The notes beneath the pieces are model-generated. The model did no database searches. It worked only from the letters and a program-made list of their open reading frames with translations, and was not told where the DNA came from. Both the position numbers and the translations under genes were made by a program. A DNA stretch of 64,000 nt from a virus: positions 22,288 to 86,287 of the IMG/VR virus record IMGVR_UViG_3300033149_004284; one strand, given 5' to 3'. Shown here in pieces: positions 54,697 through 64,000 of this stretch. Within the stretch, counting starts at the first letter, position 1; each line of letters opens with the position of its first letter.

Positions 54697-57600
54697 ATGC
54701 CAACTGATGTCTTCACCACAGTATTTGATTTCAAGTCCCGCAACGACAAAGTTGTAAGCAAGGTTGCTGCCGACCTTGCTCGGTTGAGCAAGGCTGCCCA
54801 ATCTGCTGGCCAGCAGGCAATTCCGCCTATGGTGAAGTCCGTTAACCAGATGGTGGCCGCCTTCCCGAAAGTCTCTCCCCGTATCATGGATATCTCCAAA
54901 GCCCTTCAGCGAATCTCCGAGCCAGCGAAAGTTACAGGGAACCTGATCACCGCCCTCCGCGCGGACATTATGAATGTCAAAAAGGCAGGGGGTCCTTTTT
55001 CCGCTACAGCTAGAGATATCGACAAAGTCCTGAGGAAGATGAGTGGGACTCTCCTAGTCCTCACATCAGGTACGCAAGTTGCTGAAGAAGGTGCCAAAAG
55101 ATTTCTAAGCGTACTTACAAAGGACGCTCCCCCGAAAATCATAGCCTTACGAGAAGAGGTTGCAAGACTTGAGGAGGAGCTCGAGGCTGAGCAGGCCATA
55201 ATAAAAGAAACGGGGTCTCTTGAGGAATTTGCGGGTGTACACAAGGCGGCTTCGATTAATGTTAAAGATCTCAAGGAAAAACTGAAAGGAGTCAAAGGTG
55301 AGCTGAAAGCAGTAGAGACTCCCTACAAACGTGCAATTGCTCCTATAATTTCCACTATGGAAAAACTTGCTTCAGGAGGCCGAGTTACATCGGGCAAAAT
55401 TACAGAATTAATGAGCAGAGTACGCCGTTTGGGTAAGGACTTTGGCTATGCAGCAGGATGGGCCCGGCCCTTGGTTCGAAGACTCTCCGATATGCAGCGA
55501 GCCTTAGTTGATACCGAGAGGGCAGCTAAGTCTCAAGTCTCTGATGCCCTTAGGCCCTGGTCGAAGACCCTCCAGAACGTCATTGCTCAGTTTGGAACCG
55601 TCCCCGCGCCCATGCAACGTATCCAAAAGGGGATGACAGATCTCCAGGCATCTTTCCAGGCGGGCAGCCTTAGCGCCAAGCAAGTTCAGCGGGCGATCAA
55701 CTTGGTCAGGGTAGCTGGCGGAGAGCTCTCTGCCCAGCAACGCGCCATGATTCCCAAAACTCTGGTTTCAGACCTTGAGAAGCTCTTTAGCGTTCTCAAG
55801 AAGAATGAGGCGGTACAGAGAGAGCTTGGGCGGGCTATGGCTTTCGGCTTTGATCGAGGAGAAAAAGAGATAAAGTCTCTCCGTAGAATGCAGTCGGTTG
55901 CCTCAGGTGTGATGATGGGAACATCGTTGCTCCAGGGCAATATCAGGTCGCTGGCCTTCTCTTTCGTCTTCCTCAGGTTTGCACAGAAGAAAGCCGTCTT
56001 TCAAGCAGCGGCTCTCACTGTTGCATTTGGACTCCTGGCTAAAGCCGTGAAGCTAGTTATCTCCACTCTCTTGTCTCTTATCAAGGGTTTCCTCTCAATC
56101 ATTGTCAAGGCTATCAAAGGAGCTGTCTCACTCATAACTAGGCTCGTCAAGGGTATTTGCTCCCTTGTGGTCAAACTCGTCAAGGGAGCTATGAGTCTCG
56201 CAGTCAAGGTTCTGAAAGGCGCTCTGGGGGCAGCAGGAGGATTGCTAACAAGTTTTCTCGATCTTGTTAATAGGATATTCAGCAAAGTTGCTGAGATAAT
56301 AGTGAGGAGTGTTCAGAGAGCTTCTACCGCCTTACAGGGATTAGGTAAGGCTATCTTGGAAGCGACAAGGAAGATACCCCAGATAGGAGAGCCATACGAA
56401 AAGGCATCTGCTTCTATTCGGGAATCAATTCAGAAGCTGCTGGCTGTTATCGGTCAGCCCTTTGTCAGGGATGTCATTCTTCCCCTGTTAGAAATCCTTG
56501 CGAGATTAGCAAATGAGGTCTTTTCACTTGCCAGATCGTTTATGACCTGGGTTCAGAAGTCTGGCCTGTGGGCGGCGGCTCTCCAGGTCTGGAAGGATGC
56601 CATCCAGGATTTCATGCCCACCTTAAGGGAGATGTGGATTGGCATCAAGATCATACTCATTGGAGCCATTTACCTCAGCATAGCAGCTTTCAAGGCCCTG
56701 GGTTTCATCATTGGCAGAGTTATGAAGGCAGTGGCTGGACTCTGGGCCTGGTTCAAGAAGTGGCTCAAAACCATGAAGCCCCTCTGGGACTCTCTCAGAA
56801 TGATGTCTCAAGCCCTCAAGGAGATGGACTGGCGAGCCTTCCTGCAAGGAGCCAAAGATTTCATTACTAACTTGCCTCCCCAGCTTTACTCTGCTCTTCT
56901 TGCAGCCATTGGGCTGATTGCCCTCTTCTTTGGCGCGAAACTAGCTAGCGCGATTGCCACAAGTCTAGGAGGGCAAGCATGGGGAATGGCAGTCAATGCT
57001 ATCTTTATAGGATTGGCCGCTGCCCTTTTAGCAGGGATTATTGACTTTGAGAAGAACCCTGATTTTGTAACAGCTTGGCACAAGCTCCTTGGCGCAATCG
57101 CGAAGGCATTAGCGTCAGGCGAATACTCAGATGCTTTCATGATGGTTGGGGGAGCCCTCTTAGCAGGGATAGCAAGAGGGCTAACCATGTTTATTATGCC
57201 TAAGGGAGCACAGGGTGAATTATCAGATAGGGTTACCAAAGGAATCAACGAAGCCCTCGGAATGGTTGCTGATAAAGATGTCAAAGGAGGAGTAGGGAAA
57301 TTAGGCGAGGTACTTGAAGATGTTGTGAGCACAGAATGGCTTCGTGTTCTCATAATAGGACTCGCTGCTGCTTTGGCCACGGCCTTCGGCAGCCCCGCCC
57401 TGGGTGTCGCGATGGCCGCTGGGGTTGGCTTGATGTTACGAAATGTCCCAGAGGGGAAACTGAAGGAGGAGCTAGTCAGTTGGACAAAGGACACCTTCGG
57501 GCCTGCGCTTGCAGGTGCACTAGCGGCACTTGTAGTTCCTCCACCAAAGCATGTATTTCGATATCCGAGTGAAGTGGAGCCAGACACGTCTTTTCTGAAA

Positions 57601-59130
57601 AGACTCGCGACATTCGCGGTGGAGCTTGTCAAGGCTATTGGGAAAAAGATCCAAGCGGCATTCGAAACCCCTGAGGGCAAGGCCACAATCAAGACCGTCC
57701 TGGAGGCCTTTGGGGCCGCCATAATTGGAGGCCTCGAATTCCTGACCCAGTTTCTGGAAAAACATAAATCTGACATTGTTGGCTGTATCACAGACACCCT
57801 GAACGCAATTACAGATGCAATCACGAGTGGCCCAGAAACCCCTCCTCGACCCTCGTGGATGATACCAGATATCCCACCGCCGGTTCCTCCTAAGAAATCT
57901 GACCTCTCAGGAGTTGCTGGTGCGTTTGCGAGGTTCTTTACTACGGTACTAGAGATAGTACAGGCGTCCTTGATAGATTCAGGAGCCCTTGCAAATCTCG
58001 CTGGTGCGCTTATAAACGAACTTGTGAAGTTCTTCGATCCAAAGAGTGGGCCAGGGGGCAAGCTAGTCACGGCTCTTACTGAGCTCTTTGTCTCTAGTCT
58101 CAGGTCTGCCATTGATACGCTCCTAGAAGCAGAGGAGGGGGAGGAGAACCGTCTTGTCAAGATTGGCAAGGCCATTGGGGGTGGAATAATAGCAGGGGTA
58201 GAAGAGAGCCTTAAGGGAACTCCTTTATCTGAAGCGTATGACCTTGAGGTAACCCCTGAAGGTGAAAGAAAGGCCAGAACCTTTGGGGGCTTGCTAGCTG
58301 CCATAGTCACTAATGCCTTTGCTCCGAAAGAGCTCGCGACCTCCCCTGCCAAATTGATCAAAGCATACTTCAGGCCTCAGGACGTTGAAGTGGTAAAGGC
58401 CGAAGCCGAGGCGGAGAGCGCAGGCATACGGCTCCGCGATAAGTATTTCACGCCCTGGTATGTCCCCTGGGCAGGAGCTGCCAATCTTATCAAATGGATC
58501 AGGCTCTGGCTACTTCCTAATAAGACCGCAGATGCAGAAAGCGCTGCTCAAGCCGCTGGCAAGCGTCTCCTAGCTGGGGGCTCTCCTGGATTCCTACCTG
58601 GTGTTGAAGCAGGTTGGACTGAGTCTCTGCGTCCCTATCTCGAAGAAACTGTTGTTGGGGGGATTACCGATCTGCTCACAGTTGGACTCCCCTCTGAGGA
58701 ATGGGGTTCTGACTTCACCGAGCACTTTAAAACAGGTGTTCAGTCTAAGTTAGAAAATCTTCTAAAGGAGATTAAGTCAATCGGAAAGAAGATTCGGGAT
58801 TCCTTGTATGATGGGATTGGAGAGATAGTGGTTCATGTGAAAGTGGTCTATCATGGATCTCTGCCTCCTTCTCCCCCTGTTAATGAACTTCAACATGGTG
58901 GTATTGTCACCAGACCGACCCTAGCGCTAATTGGCGAGCGGGGGCCCGAAGCCGTAGTTCCCCTTAGCGGAGGTAGAGGGCGGGTAGGGGTTGCCCCTGT
59001 GAACGTTTACGTAACTGGCAACTACATCCTTGACGATATGGCCGCTGGCCGCCTGGCTGACAAGGTAGGTCAGGCAGTAGTCAAGAAGATCAATCGCCAC
59101 TATCAGATCGGCTTCGTAGGAGTGGGCTGA
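54697..59130 (+). CDS. tape measure protein
   Basis: 1477 aa, helical Ala/Leu/Lys-rich with 11-residue periodicity; C-terminal LQHGGIVTRPTLALIGERGPEAVVPL. Confidence 0.92.
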   Translation: MPTDVFTTVFDFKSRNDKVVSKVAADLARLSKAAQSAGQQAIPPMVKSVNQMVAAFPKVSPRIMDISKALQRISEPAKVTGNLITALRADIMNVKKAGGPFSATARDIDKVLRKMSGTLLVLTSGTQVAEEGAKRFLSVLTKDAPPKIIALREEVARLEEELEAEQAIIKETGSLEEFAGVHKAASINVKDLKEKLKGVKGELKAVETPYKRAIAPIISTMEKLASGGRVTSGKITELMSRVRRLGKDFGYAAGWARPLVRRLSDMQRALVDTERAAKSQVSDALRPWSKTLQNVIAQFGTVPAPMQRIQKGMTDLQASFQAGSLSAKQVQRAINLVRVAGGELSAQQRAMIPKTLVSDLEKLFSVLKKNEAVQRELGRAMAFGFDRGEKEIKSLRRMQSVASGVMMGTSLLQGNIRSLAFSFVFLRFAQKKAVFQAAALTVAFGLLAKAVKLVISTLLSLIKGFLSIIVKAIKGAVSLITRLVKGICSLVVKLVKGAMSLAVKVLKGALGAAGGLLTSFLDLVNRIFSKVAEIIVRSVQRASTALQGLGKAILEATRKIPQIGEPYEKASASIRESIQKLLAVIGQPFVRDVILPLLEILARLANEVFSLARSFMTWVQKSGLWAAALQVWKDAIQDFMPTLREMWIGIKIILIGAIYLSIAAFKALGFIIGRVMKAVAGLWAWFKKWLKTMKPLWDSLRMMSQALKEMDWRAFLQGAKDFITNLPPQLYSALLAAIGLIALFFGAKLASAIATSLGGQAWGMAVNAIFIGLAAALLAGIIDFEKNPDFVTAWHKLLGAIAKALASGEYSDAFMMVGGALLAGIARGLTMFIMPKGAQGELSDRVTKGINEALGMVADKDVKGGVGKLGEVLEDVVSTEWLRVLIIGLAAALATAFGSPALGVAMAAGVGLMLRNVPEGKLKEELVSWTKDTFGPALAGALAALVVPPPKHVFRYPSEVEPDTSFLKRLATFAVELVKAIGKKIQAAFETPEGKATIKTVLEAFGAAIIGGLEFLTQFLEKHKSDIVGCITDTLNAITDAITSGPETPPRPSWMIPDIPPPVPPKKSDLSGVAGAFARFFTTVLEIVQASLIDSGALANLAGALINELVKFFDPKSGPGGKLVTALTELFVSSLRSAIDTLLEAEEGEENRLVKIGKAIGGGIIAGVEESLKGTPLSEAYDLEVTPEGERKARTFGGLLAAIVTNAFAPKELATSPAKLIKAYFRPQDVEVVKAEAEAESAGIRLRDKYFTPWYVPWAGAANLIKWIRLWLLPNKTADAESAAQAAGKRLLAGGSPGFLPGVEAGWTESLRPYLEETVVGGITDLLTVGLPSEEWGSDFTEHFKTGVQSKLENLLKEIKSIGKKIRDSLYDGIGEIVVHVKVVYHGSLPPSPPVNELQHGGIVTRPTLALIGERGPEAVVPLSGGRGRVGVAPVNVYVTGNYILDDMAAGRLADKVGQAVVKKINRHYQIGFVGVG

Positions 59131-59164
59131 TGCGAGGTCCCAAACTTAACTTAGGAGTCTGCTG

Positions 59165-60616
59165 ATGGCCTTCACCTTCACCATAGACGGCTACGACCGA
59201 AACGACTACCTGATTCTATCGAGCCTGGAAGTAACCGAGGGGTCGGGGCCCCATGGCGACACTTGCAGTTTCGTAATAGAGATACCCAACGCTCTAGTGC
59301 CTGACACCGTAGACAGACCAACAAGCGGCAACCCAGTTGAGATCACAATAGATAAAAATCTTCCAACTGAAGTTGTCCATTTCAAAGGCATTGTAGCTGA
59401 AGTAACTGAAGAGCCTTTCAATCCAGATGTGACTCGATACAGTTGCTCATGCACTGACTATACGCGATGGCTGGACCGAGTGCTGATTACTACCGAGCGC
59501 CCAGCAGAGCTGGCAGGGGACAGAATCAAGGCTTTGGTCACCTGGATACTTAATGAGCTTGAGGGAGCCCCCTTCCCCTTTGGGACCTCGCATGTCGAGA
59601 ACGGCTATACAGTTGAAGCCGAGAGTTACGACTACGTCACTCTTAGCTCAATTCTGAGTTCATTAGCGGAAACCTGTATCTATCATTGGTACGTTGACTT
59701 TGACAAAGAGATTTACTTCTACGAAATTGAGTCTGCTGACAATGTATCGCCCTTAGACACGAGCTACAGCAACATCCTAGACTTGGACGATTCAGATACC
59801 AACCTCGTCATTGGGGACATAGTAATATCTGAGGATTCTACTCAGATCAAGAACCGTATTTATATCAAAGGATACTCTGAAAAAGATTCTAATGCTCGTC
59901 CTGAAACCCACACTGCAGAGGCAGATAAGAGTTTCTACAAACTCTTCCAGGCTCCCTGGGACGCAGAATCTACTACTGTTACCGTCGATGGGACACCAAG
60001 GACTGTGGTAATTGACCCCCTGGATGGAGCCCAGGTGACCCTAGACGGCAAAGAGGGATTGGCCTACATTTGCACATTCAACATGGGCTTAAGGTTCCCT
60101 CTAACTGATTTGCCAACTGCTGGTCAGGCAATCGCGATAACCTACCATTCTGAATTGCCTGATAGAATTTCCATGTTCGAGGACAAAGCCAGTATTGACT
60201 TTTTCGCCGACAGAGAAAGCTACGGAACTGCTTCCGTTAATCAGTCCTCAGGCGTGCATTCGTTTATGGTATCTGTGCCAAATGTGAAGGTTACCTCCAT
60301 TGATCCAATCGAGGCTATGGGGGAGTACCTCCTAGCTAGGTATGCCTGGCCTTTGAGGTCAGGGTCTTTCACGACTTATAGTCTCACAGGTTGGAAATCT
60401 GGCCAATATTTCAATCTCACAAGCGACTCCGCCCACCGAGACATCTATGACTACGAGAGTTATTGGAAATCGGGAGACGACGAAACCAAGAACCCTGTCG
60501 TCATGTACGTCCATCAAGTGAGAAAGACCTTCCAGGTAGTTAGCGATGGGGCAGGCGGTACTGAGGAGTTAGTCCGAGAGGAAGTCGAGTTCTCCAATCA
60601 GCCATATCTTTCTTGA
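59165..60616 (+). CDS. tail tip/hub protein
   Basis: follows TMP; FKGIV, CTDYT..LD, WYVDFDK, IKNRIYIKG. Confidence 0.7.
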   Translation: MAFTFTIDGYDRNDYLILSSLEVTEGSGPHGDTCSFVIEIPNALVPDTVDRPTSGNPVEITIDKNLPTEVVHFKGIVAEVTEEPFNPDVTRYSCSCTDYTRWLDRVLITTERPAELAGDRIKALVTWILNELEGAPFPFGTSHVENGYTVEAESYDYVTLSSILSSLAETCIYHWYVDFDKEIYFYEIESADNVSPLDTSYSNILDLDDSDTNLVIGDIVISEDSTQIKNRIYIKGYSEKDSNARPETHTAEADKSFYKLFQAPWDAESTTVTVDGTPRTVVIDPLDGAQVTLDGKEGLAYICTFNMGLRFPLTDLPTAGQAIAITYHSELPDRISMFEDKASIDFFADRESYGTASVNQSSGVHSFMVSVPNVKVTSIDPIEAMGEYLLARYAWPLRSGSFTTYSLTGWKSGQYFNLTSDSAHRDIYDYESYWKSGDDETKNPVVMYVHQVRKTFQVVSDGAGGTEELVREEVEFSNQPYLS

Positions 60617-60625
60617 GGTTAGCCA

Positions 60626-60871
60626 ATGGACCTTTCGTCTTTCATAGGCCAGTTGTTCGGCAAGGCAATGAGAATTGCTCCACCTAAGAGTGCTCATAGG
60701 CTTCTAACTACCTTCTTGGGACTGTACGAGGACGTTAACCTTGGGCAGCCTGAGGTGATAGAAGTAAGGGCCTGTCCTACAGAGGTTGCAGATGGCTATT
60801 GGGCTGATAGCGAAGGCGCTTGGAGCGAAACAGTCAATCTGCGCTGGGATGAAGGTGCTTGGGGTGAATAG
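60626..60871 (+). CDS. small tail protein
   Basis: KSAHRLLTTFLG.YE, Trp/Asp-rich C terminus. Confidence 0.65.
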   Translation: MDLSSFIGQLFGKAMRIAPPKSAHRLLTTFLGLYEDVNLGQPEVIEVRACPTEVADGYWADSEGAWSETVNLRWDEGAWGE

Positions 60872-61166
60872 GCTGGCATCGATTCTGGGTAGGCTCTACA
60901 GGGTCCTAGACCAGAGAGTGGCTAAAAGTGCTCACAGGATACTCACGACCTTCCTTGGTATCTATGAGGAGGTTGGTCTGAGCCAGCCTGCGGCAATCGA
61001 AGTTCGCAGTCCACCCTATGTAGCATATTGGGCCGACAGCGAGGAGAGTTTTGACTCTGACAAGAATATCTACTGGGATGAGGGGCAGCATGGCTTCTAC
61101 CCCGGCGGAGGCTTCTGGGATGACGGTGTATCAAAGTGGGACGATGCGGTAACAAAGTGGGGATGA
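60864..61166 (+). CDS. small tail protein, paralogue of 60626..60871
   Basis: GTG at 60864; KSAHRILTTFLGIYE, YWADSE, WDEG. Confidence 0.65.
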   Translation: MNRLASILGRLYRVLDQRVAKSAHRILTTFLGIYEEVGLSQPAAIEVRSPPYVAYWADSEESFDSDKNIYWDEGQHGFYPGGGFWDDGVSKWDDAVTKWG

Positions 61167-61171
61167 CATAG

Positions 61172-64000
61172 ATGGCATATCCTGAATCTTCTGACATATC
61201 TCCAGGCAATGACCTGCTCTCAGCTCAATACAATAATTTGAGAAGCGATCTCCTGCATGCGACCTCTGGGCATGACCACACCGGCGCAGTTGACCATGGA
61301 ACAAGGATACCTCTTGGACCTGGGCTAGAGTGGAGCGGAGGTGCTTATCGACTCTCAGCCTATGTGCAGCTGACTGGCCTGGGTATTGGCACGGCGGCTG
61401 GGGTAGCCAATCAAATCACAATGGTGGATGGAGGCACTATTGGTCAGACATCTGGAGCACTCCTCACTTTCAATGATTCGGATAGTAGCTTCCAGGTAGA
61501 TGTGGGAGGGAAGACAGCACTTTACCTAGATGACACTGATACCAATGTTCTCTTTGGGGCTGATGCCGGCGCTACGGTTGACGCAGACGGAGATAATACC
61601 TTTCTTGGGCACTCGGCAGGCTATAGCACTACGAGCGGAGGTGATAATGTTTATGTCGGCCACCAGGCAGGTTACACAGGCATTAGCGAAGATTGGAATG
61701 TTGCCATCGGTGTGGATGCAATGCAATTGGCCAAAGCAAGTGCAAATGTAGCCATAGGTTACAAGGCATTAGAGGATGCCGGAACGACGAGTGATGGTGA
61801 TTCCAATGTCGCAGTAGGTGCTTGGGCGATGGAGGAAATGGATACTGGTTCACTTAACGTAGCAATTGGTCAATCTGCTATGGAGAACTTCGTCAGTGGT
61901 GATTGCAATGTGGCTATTGGCGAAGAGGCCATGGAGTCCGCAGCAGGCAGTGGCGAGTATAACGTCGCCGTTGGCTATCTGGCTATGGAGGCCATCACAT
62001 CTGGAGGGGATAATGTCGCCGTTGGCTCATTTGCATTGGTCTACATCACAGAGGGCAACCGAAACATTGCGATAGGTCGGGAGGCCTTAACAGATCTTAC
62101 AACAGCTTCCGATATGATAGGGATTGGCTACCATGCAGGTCACAGTACGACGACTGCCACTGATAGCATTCTTATTGGGAAGGAGGCGGGGTATACATTG
62201 ACGACCGGCAGCAGTAATGTTGCTGTCGGTTACCAGGCTATGCAACTCACTGGAGTTGGCGTCTCATACAGTGTGGCCATGGGCTATCAGGCCCTACAAG
62301 ACGCAGGCACAACTAGCGATGGTGATTATAACACTGCCATTGGCTACGCTGCTATGTTGCAGGCCGACCAGGGCGAGTACAACGTCGCAGTGGGCGCAAG
62401 TGCTTTGCAAAATGCCACTGACGGCGACTTCAACACTGCCATAGGCATGGAGGCGATGGCAAGTGGTGTAGGTACTCCAGTGAGCAATGTAGCTGTTGGT
62501 TATCAGGCGATGTATGGAGGGGGAACTTCACCGACAGGGAACGTAGCCGTAGGGAATTCCGCAGGACTGGCACTGGACACGGGTAACTACAATGTGCTGA
62601 TTGGTTTCGAAGCGGGCATCGCTCTCACCGAGGGCACTGAAAATATCATAATAGGCCCTGAGGCTGGCCTTTCTCTTACGACTGGTAACTACAATATCTT
62701 AATTGGCGACGAAGCTGGCTACAATCTCGTAGATGGCGGCTGGAACACAGCAGTTGGCGATTTGGCCATGGAGAAGTGTGGGACAGGCGCAAATTTCAAC
62801 ACTGCCATTGGCGAGAATGCTTTACGGGATGTAGGGAAAACGAGCGACGGCGAATGCAACACTGCTGTCGGGGGTGAAGCCCTATATGATATGGACACTG
62901 GTGAGTATAATGTGGCGGTGGGGTACGCTGCCATGGTCTGGGCTGTTGCTGGGGATTACAATACTGCGGTTGGTGCCCACGCAATGGAAGGTCATTCTGA
63001 ATCAACAGGAAGTTACAATATCGGAATAGGCTATGAGGCGTTGTATTATGGGCCAGGCACAGGAGATCACAACATTGGAATAGGAATGTTAGCAGCTGCA
63101 CGTCTTGGGGCAGGTGCAGGCGCTCACAATGTTGCCATCGGTTATCGTGCAATGTACGAGAATGAGGAGGCAAGTAACAATGTTGTAATCGGTTCTGAGG
63201 CGGGGAGAGGGGTTGCCGCGACTGACTTCGCGGATAGTGTGGTCATTGGCTATCAGGCAGGATTCGCATTGACCTCTGGGAGCAATAATGTATTGGCTGG
63301 TTATCAATCGGGCCTTGCGCTTACTACGGGCGAAGCCAACGTTTTCCTCGGCTATCAGGCCGGATACAGTGAGACGGGTTCTAACAAGCTCTATATCGAA
63401 AACTCGGACTCAGCAGAGCCCCTCATCTATGGAGAGTTCGATAACGATCTGGTAAAGGTCAATGGTACTGTAGAATCGTCTGTGGGCTTCATCGTCGAGC
63501 AGGTTGATGCCTCGACGTATAAGTATCTGCAAGATTGGATGAATACCACCCAAAGTGCTGGTGCTATCTCTGGTGGAGCGATTACAGCGACAACCTACGC
63601 CATCACTGACGCCGACGATGTGGCAAACACATTCAAAGTCGCTGACGACATGACGGCATATTTCACTGACGGAGTGGAGTTCACAGTTTCTGGGTCTACT
63701 GGCAATGATGGTGATTATACGACTGTTGGCGATGCAACCTTTGCTGCTGGTGAAACCACGATAACGGTAGCGAACGTACCCGATGGAACAGATGATGGTG
63801 ATATTGCTGATGGGCGTGTGGATGTTGATTTCGGCGCAGGAATGGTCAAGAAGACGGATGATGATATAGACGGTGTTACGGCTTTTATGGACTGGCCCAA
63901 AACTGAACACATCTTGTTGGTTGATGCTACGCGAAATGTTATCTATGTTGATTACAATGCTGGAACCCCACTTGTCAAGGCTACGGATGACCCTGGTACA
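61172..64000 (+). CDS. tail fibre/adhesin with YadA-head-like repeats, partial
   Basis: absent from the ORF track, apparently because it runs off the window; MAYPESSD..QYNNLRSD..GHDH, then many N(V/T)A(I/V)GxxA repeats. Confidence 0.85.
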   Translation, partial: MAYPESSDISPGNDLLSAQYNNLRSDLLHATSGHDHTGAVDHGTRIPLGPGLEWSGGAYRLSAYVQLTGLGIGTAAGVANQITMVDGGTIGQTSGALLTFNDSDSSFQVDVGGKTALYLDDTDTNVLFGADAGATVDADGDNTFLGHSAGYSTTSGGDNVYVGHQAGYTGISEDWNVAIGVDAMQLAKASANVAIGYKALEDAGTTSDGDSNVAVGAWAMEEMDTGSLNVAIGQSAMENFVSGDCNVAIGEEAMESAAGSGEYNVAVGYLAMEAITSGGDNVAVGSFALVYITEGNRNIAIGREALTDLTTASDMIGIGYHAGHSTTTATDSILIGKEAGYTLTTGSSNVAVGYQAMQLTGVGVSYSVAMGYQALQDAGTTSDGDYNTAIGYAAMLQADQGEYNVAVGASALQNATDGDFNTAIGMEAMASGVGTPVSNVAVGYQAMYGGGTSPTGNVAVGNSAGLALDTGNYNVLIGFEAGIALTEGTENIIIGPEAGLSLTTGNYNILIGDEAGYNLVDGGWNTAVGDLAMEKCGTGANFNTAIGENALRDVGKTSDGECNTAVGGEALYDMDTGEYNVAVGYAAMVWAVAGDYNTAVGAHAMEGHSESTGSYNIGIGYEALYYGPGTGDHNIGIGMLAAARLGAGAGAHNVAIGYRAMYENEEASNNVVIGSEAGRGVAATDFADSVVIGYQAGFALTSGSNNVLAGYQSGLALTTGEANVFLGYQAGYSETGSNKLYIENSDSAEPLIYGEFDNDLVKVNGTVESSVGFIVEQVDASTYKYLQDWMNTTQSAGAISGGAITATTYAITDADDVANTFKVADDMTAYFTDGVEFTVSGSTGNDGDYTTVGDATFAAGETTITVANVPDGTDDGDIADGRVDVDFGAGMVKKTDDDIDGVTAFMDWPKTEHILLVDATRNVIYVDYNAGTPLVKATDDPGT

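Noticed and set aside
56886-58361. 491-aa minus-strand ORF
   Set aside because: Antisense shadow of the tape measure gene, with no RBS or motif. The same applies to most short antisense ORFs in the track.
61172-64000. Diversity-generating retroelement target
   Set aside because: No reverse transcriptase or TR/VR pair in the window; repeats are protein-level adhesin repeats.

Overview
The whole window reads as part of a tailed dsDNA phage or prophage genome with a non-contractile tail. The host is bacterial, judged from several near-perfect TTGACA-N16/17-TAxxxT sigma70 promoters and GGAGG ribosome-binding sites. No integrase, holin or CRISPR array was seen. Positions 1-21.4 kb form a minus-strand early/replication arm: Cas4-like exonuclease, DinG/XPD helicase, two RHH proteins, an interrupted beta-class DNA methyltransferase, a stand-alone RuvB and many small ORFs. 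Positions 21.9-64 kb are mostly plus strand: HNH-AP2 nuclease, a divergently oriented TerS-like gene, a split TerL, portal, two multidomain proteins flanking a 14-gene glycosyltransferase/methyltransferase cluster, a protease-capsid fusion, tail genes and a tail fibre running off the window end. Main candidate novelties are (1) a ligase-Dam-phosphoesterase-protease polyprotein and a two-protease head with Lys- and Glu-type motifs at domain junctions, (2) a very large putative virion glycosylation cluster, (3) an 11-nt TGG-TGA...TGG insertion in the methyltransferase that looks like a ribosomal bypass site, (4) a RuvB lacking its RuvA-binding hairpin, (5) a split terminase, (6) twin promoters with identical upstream architecture, and (7) two structured RNA candidates. 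All product calls come from motif recognition by eye; no database searches were run.
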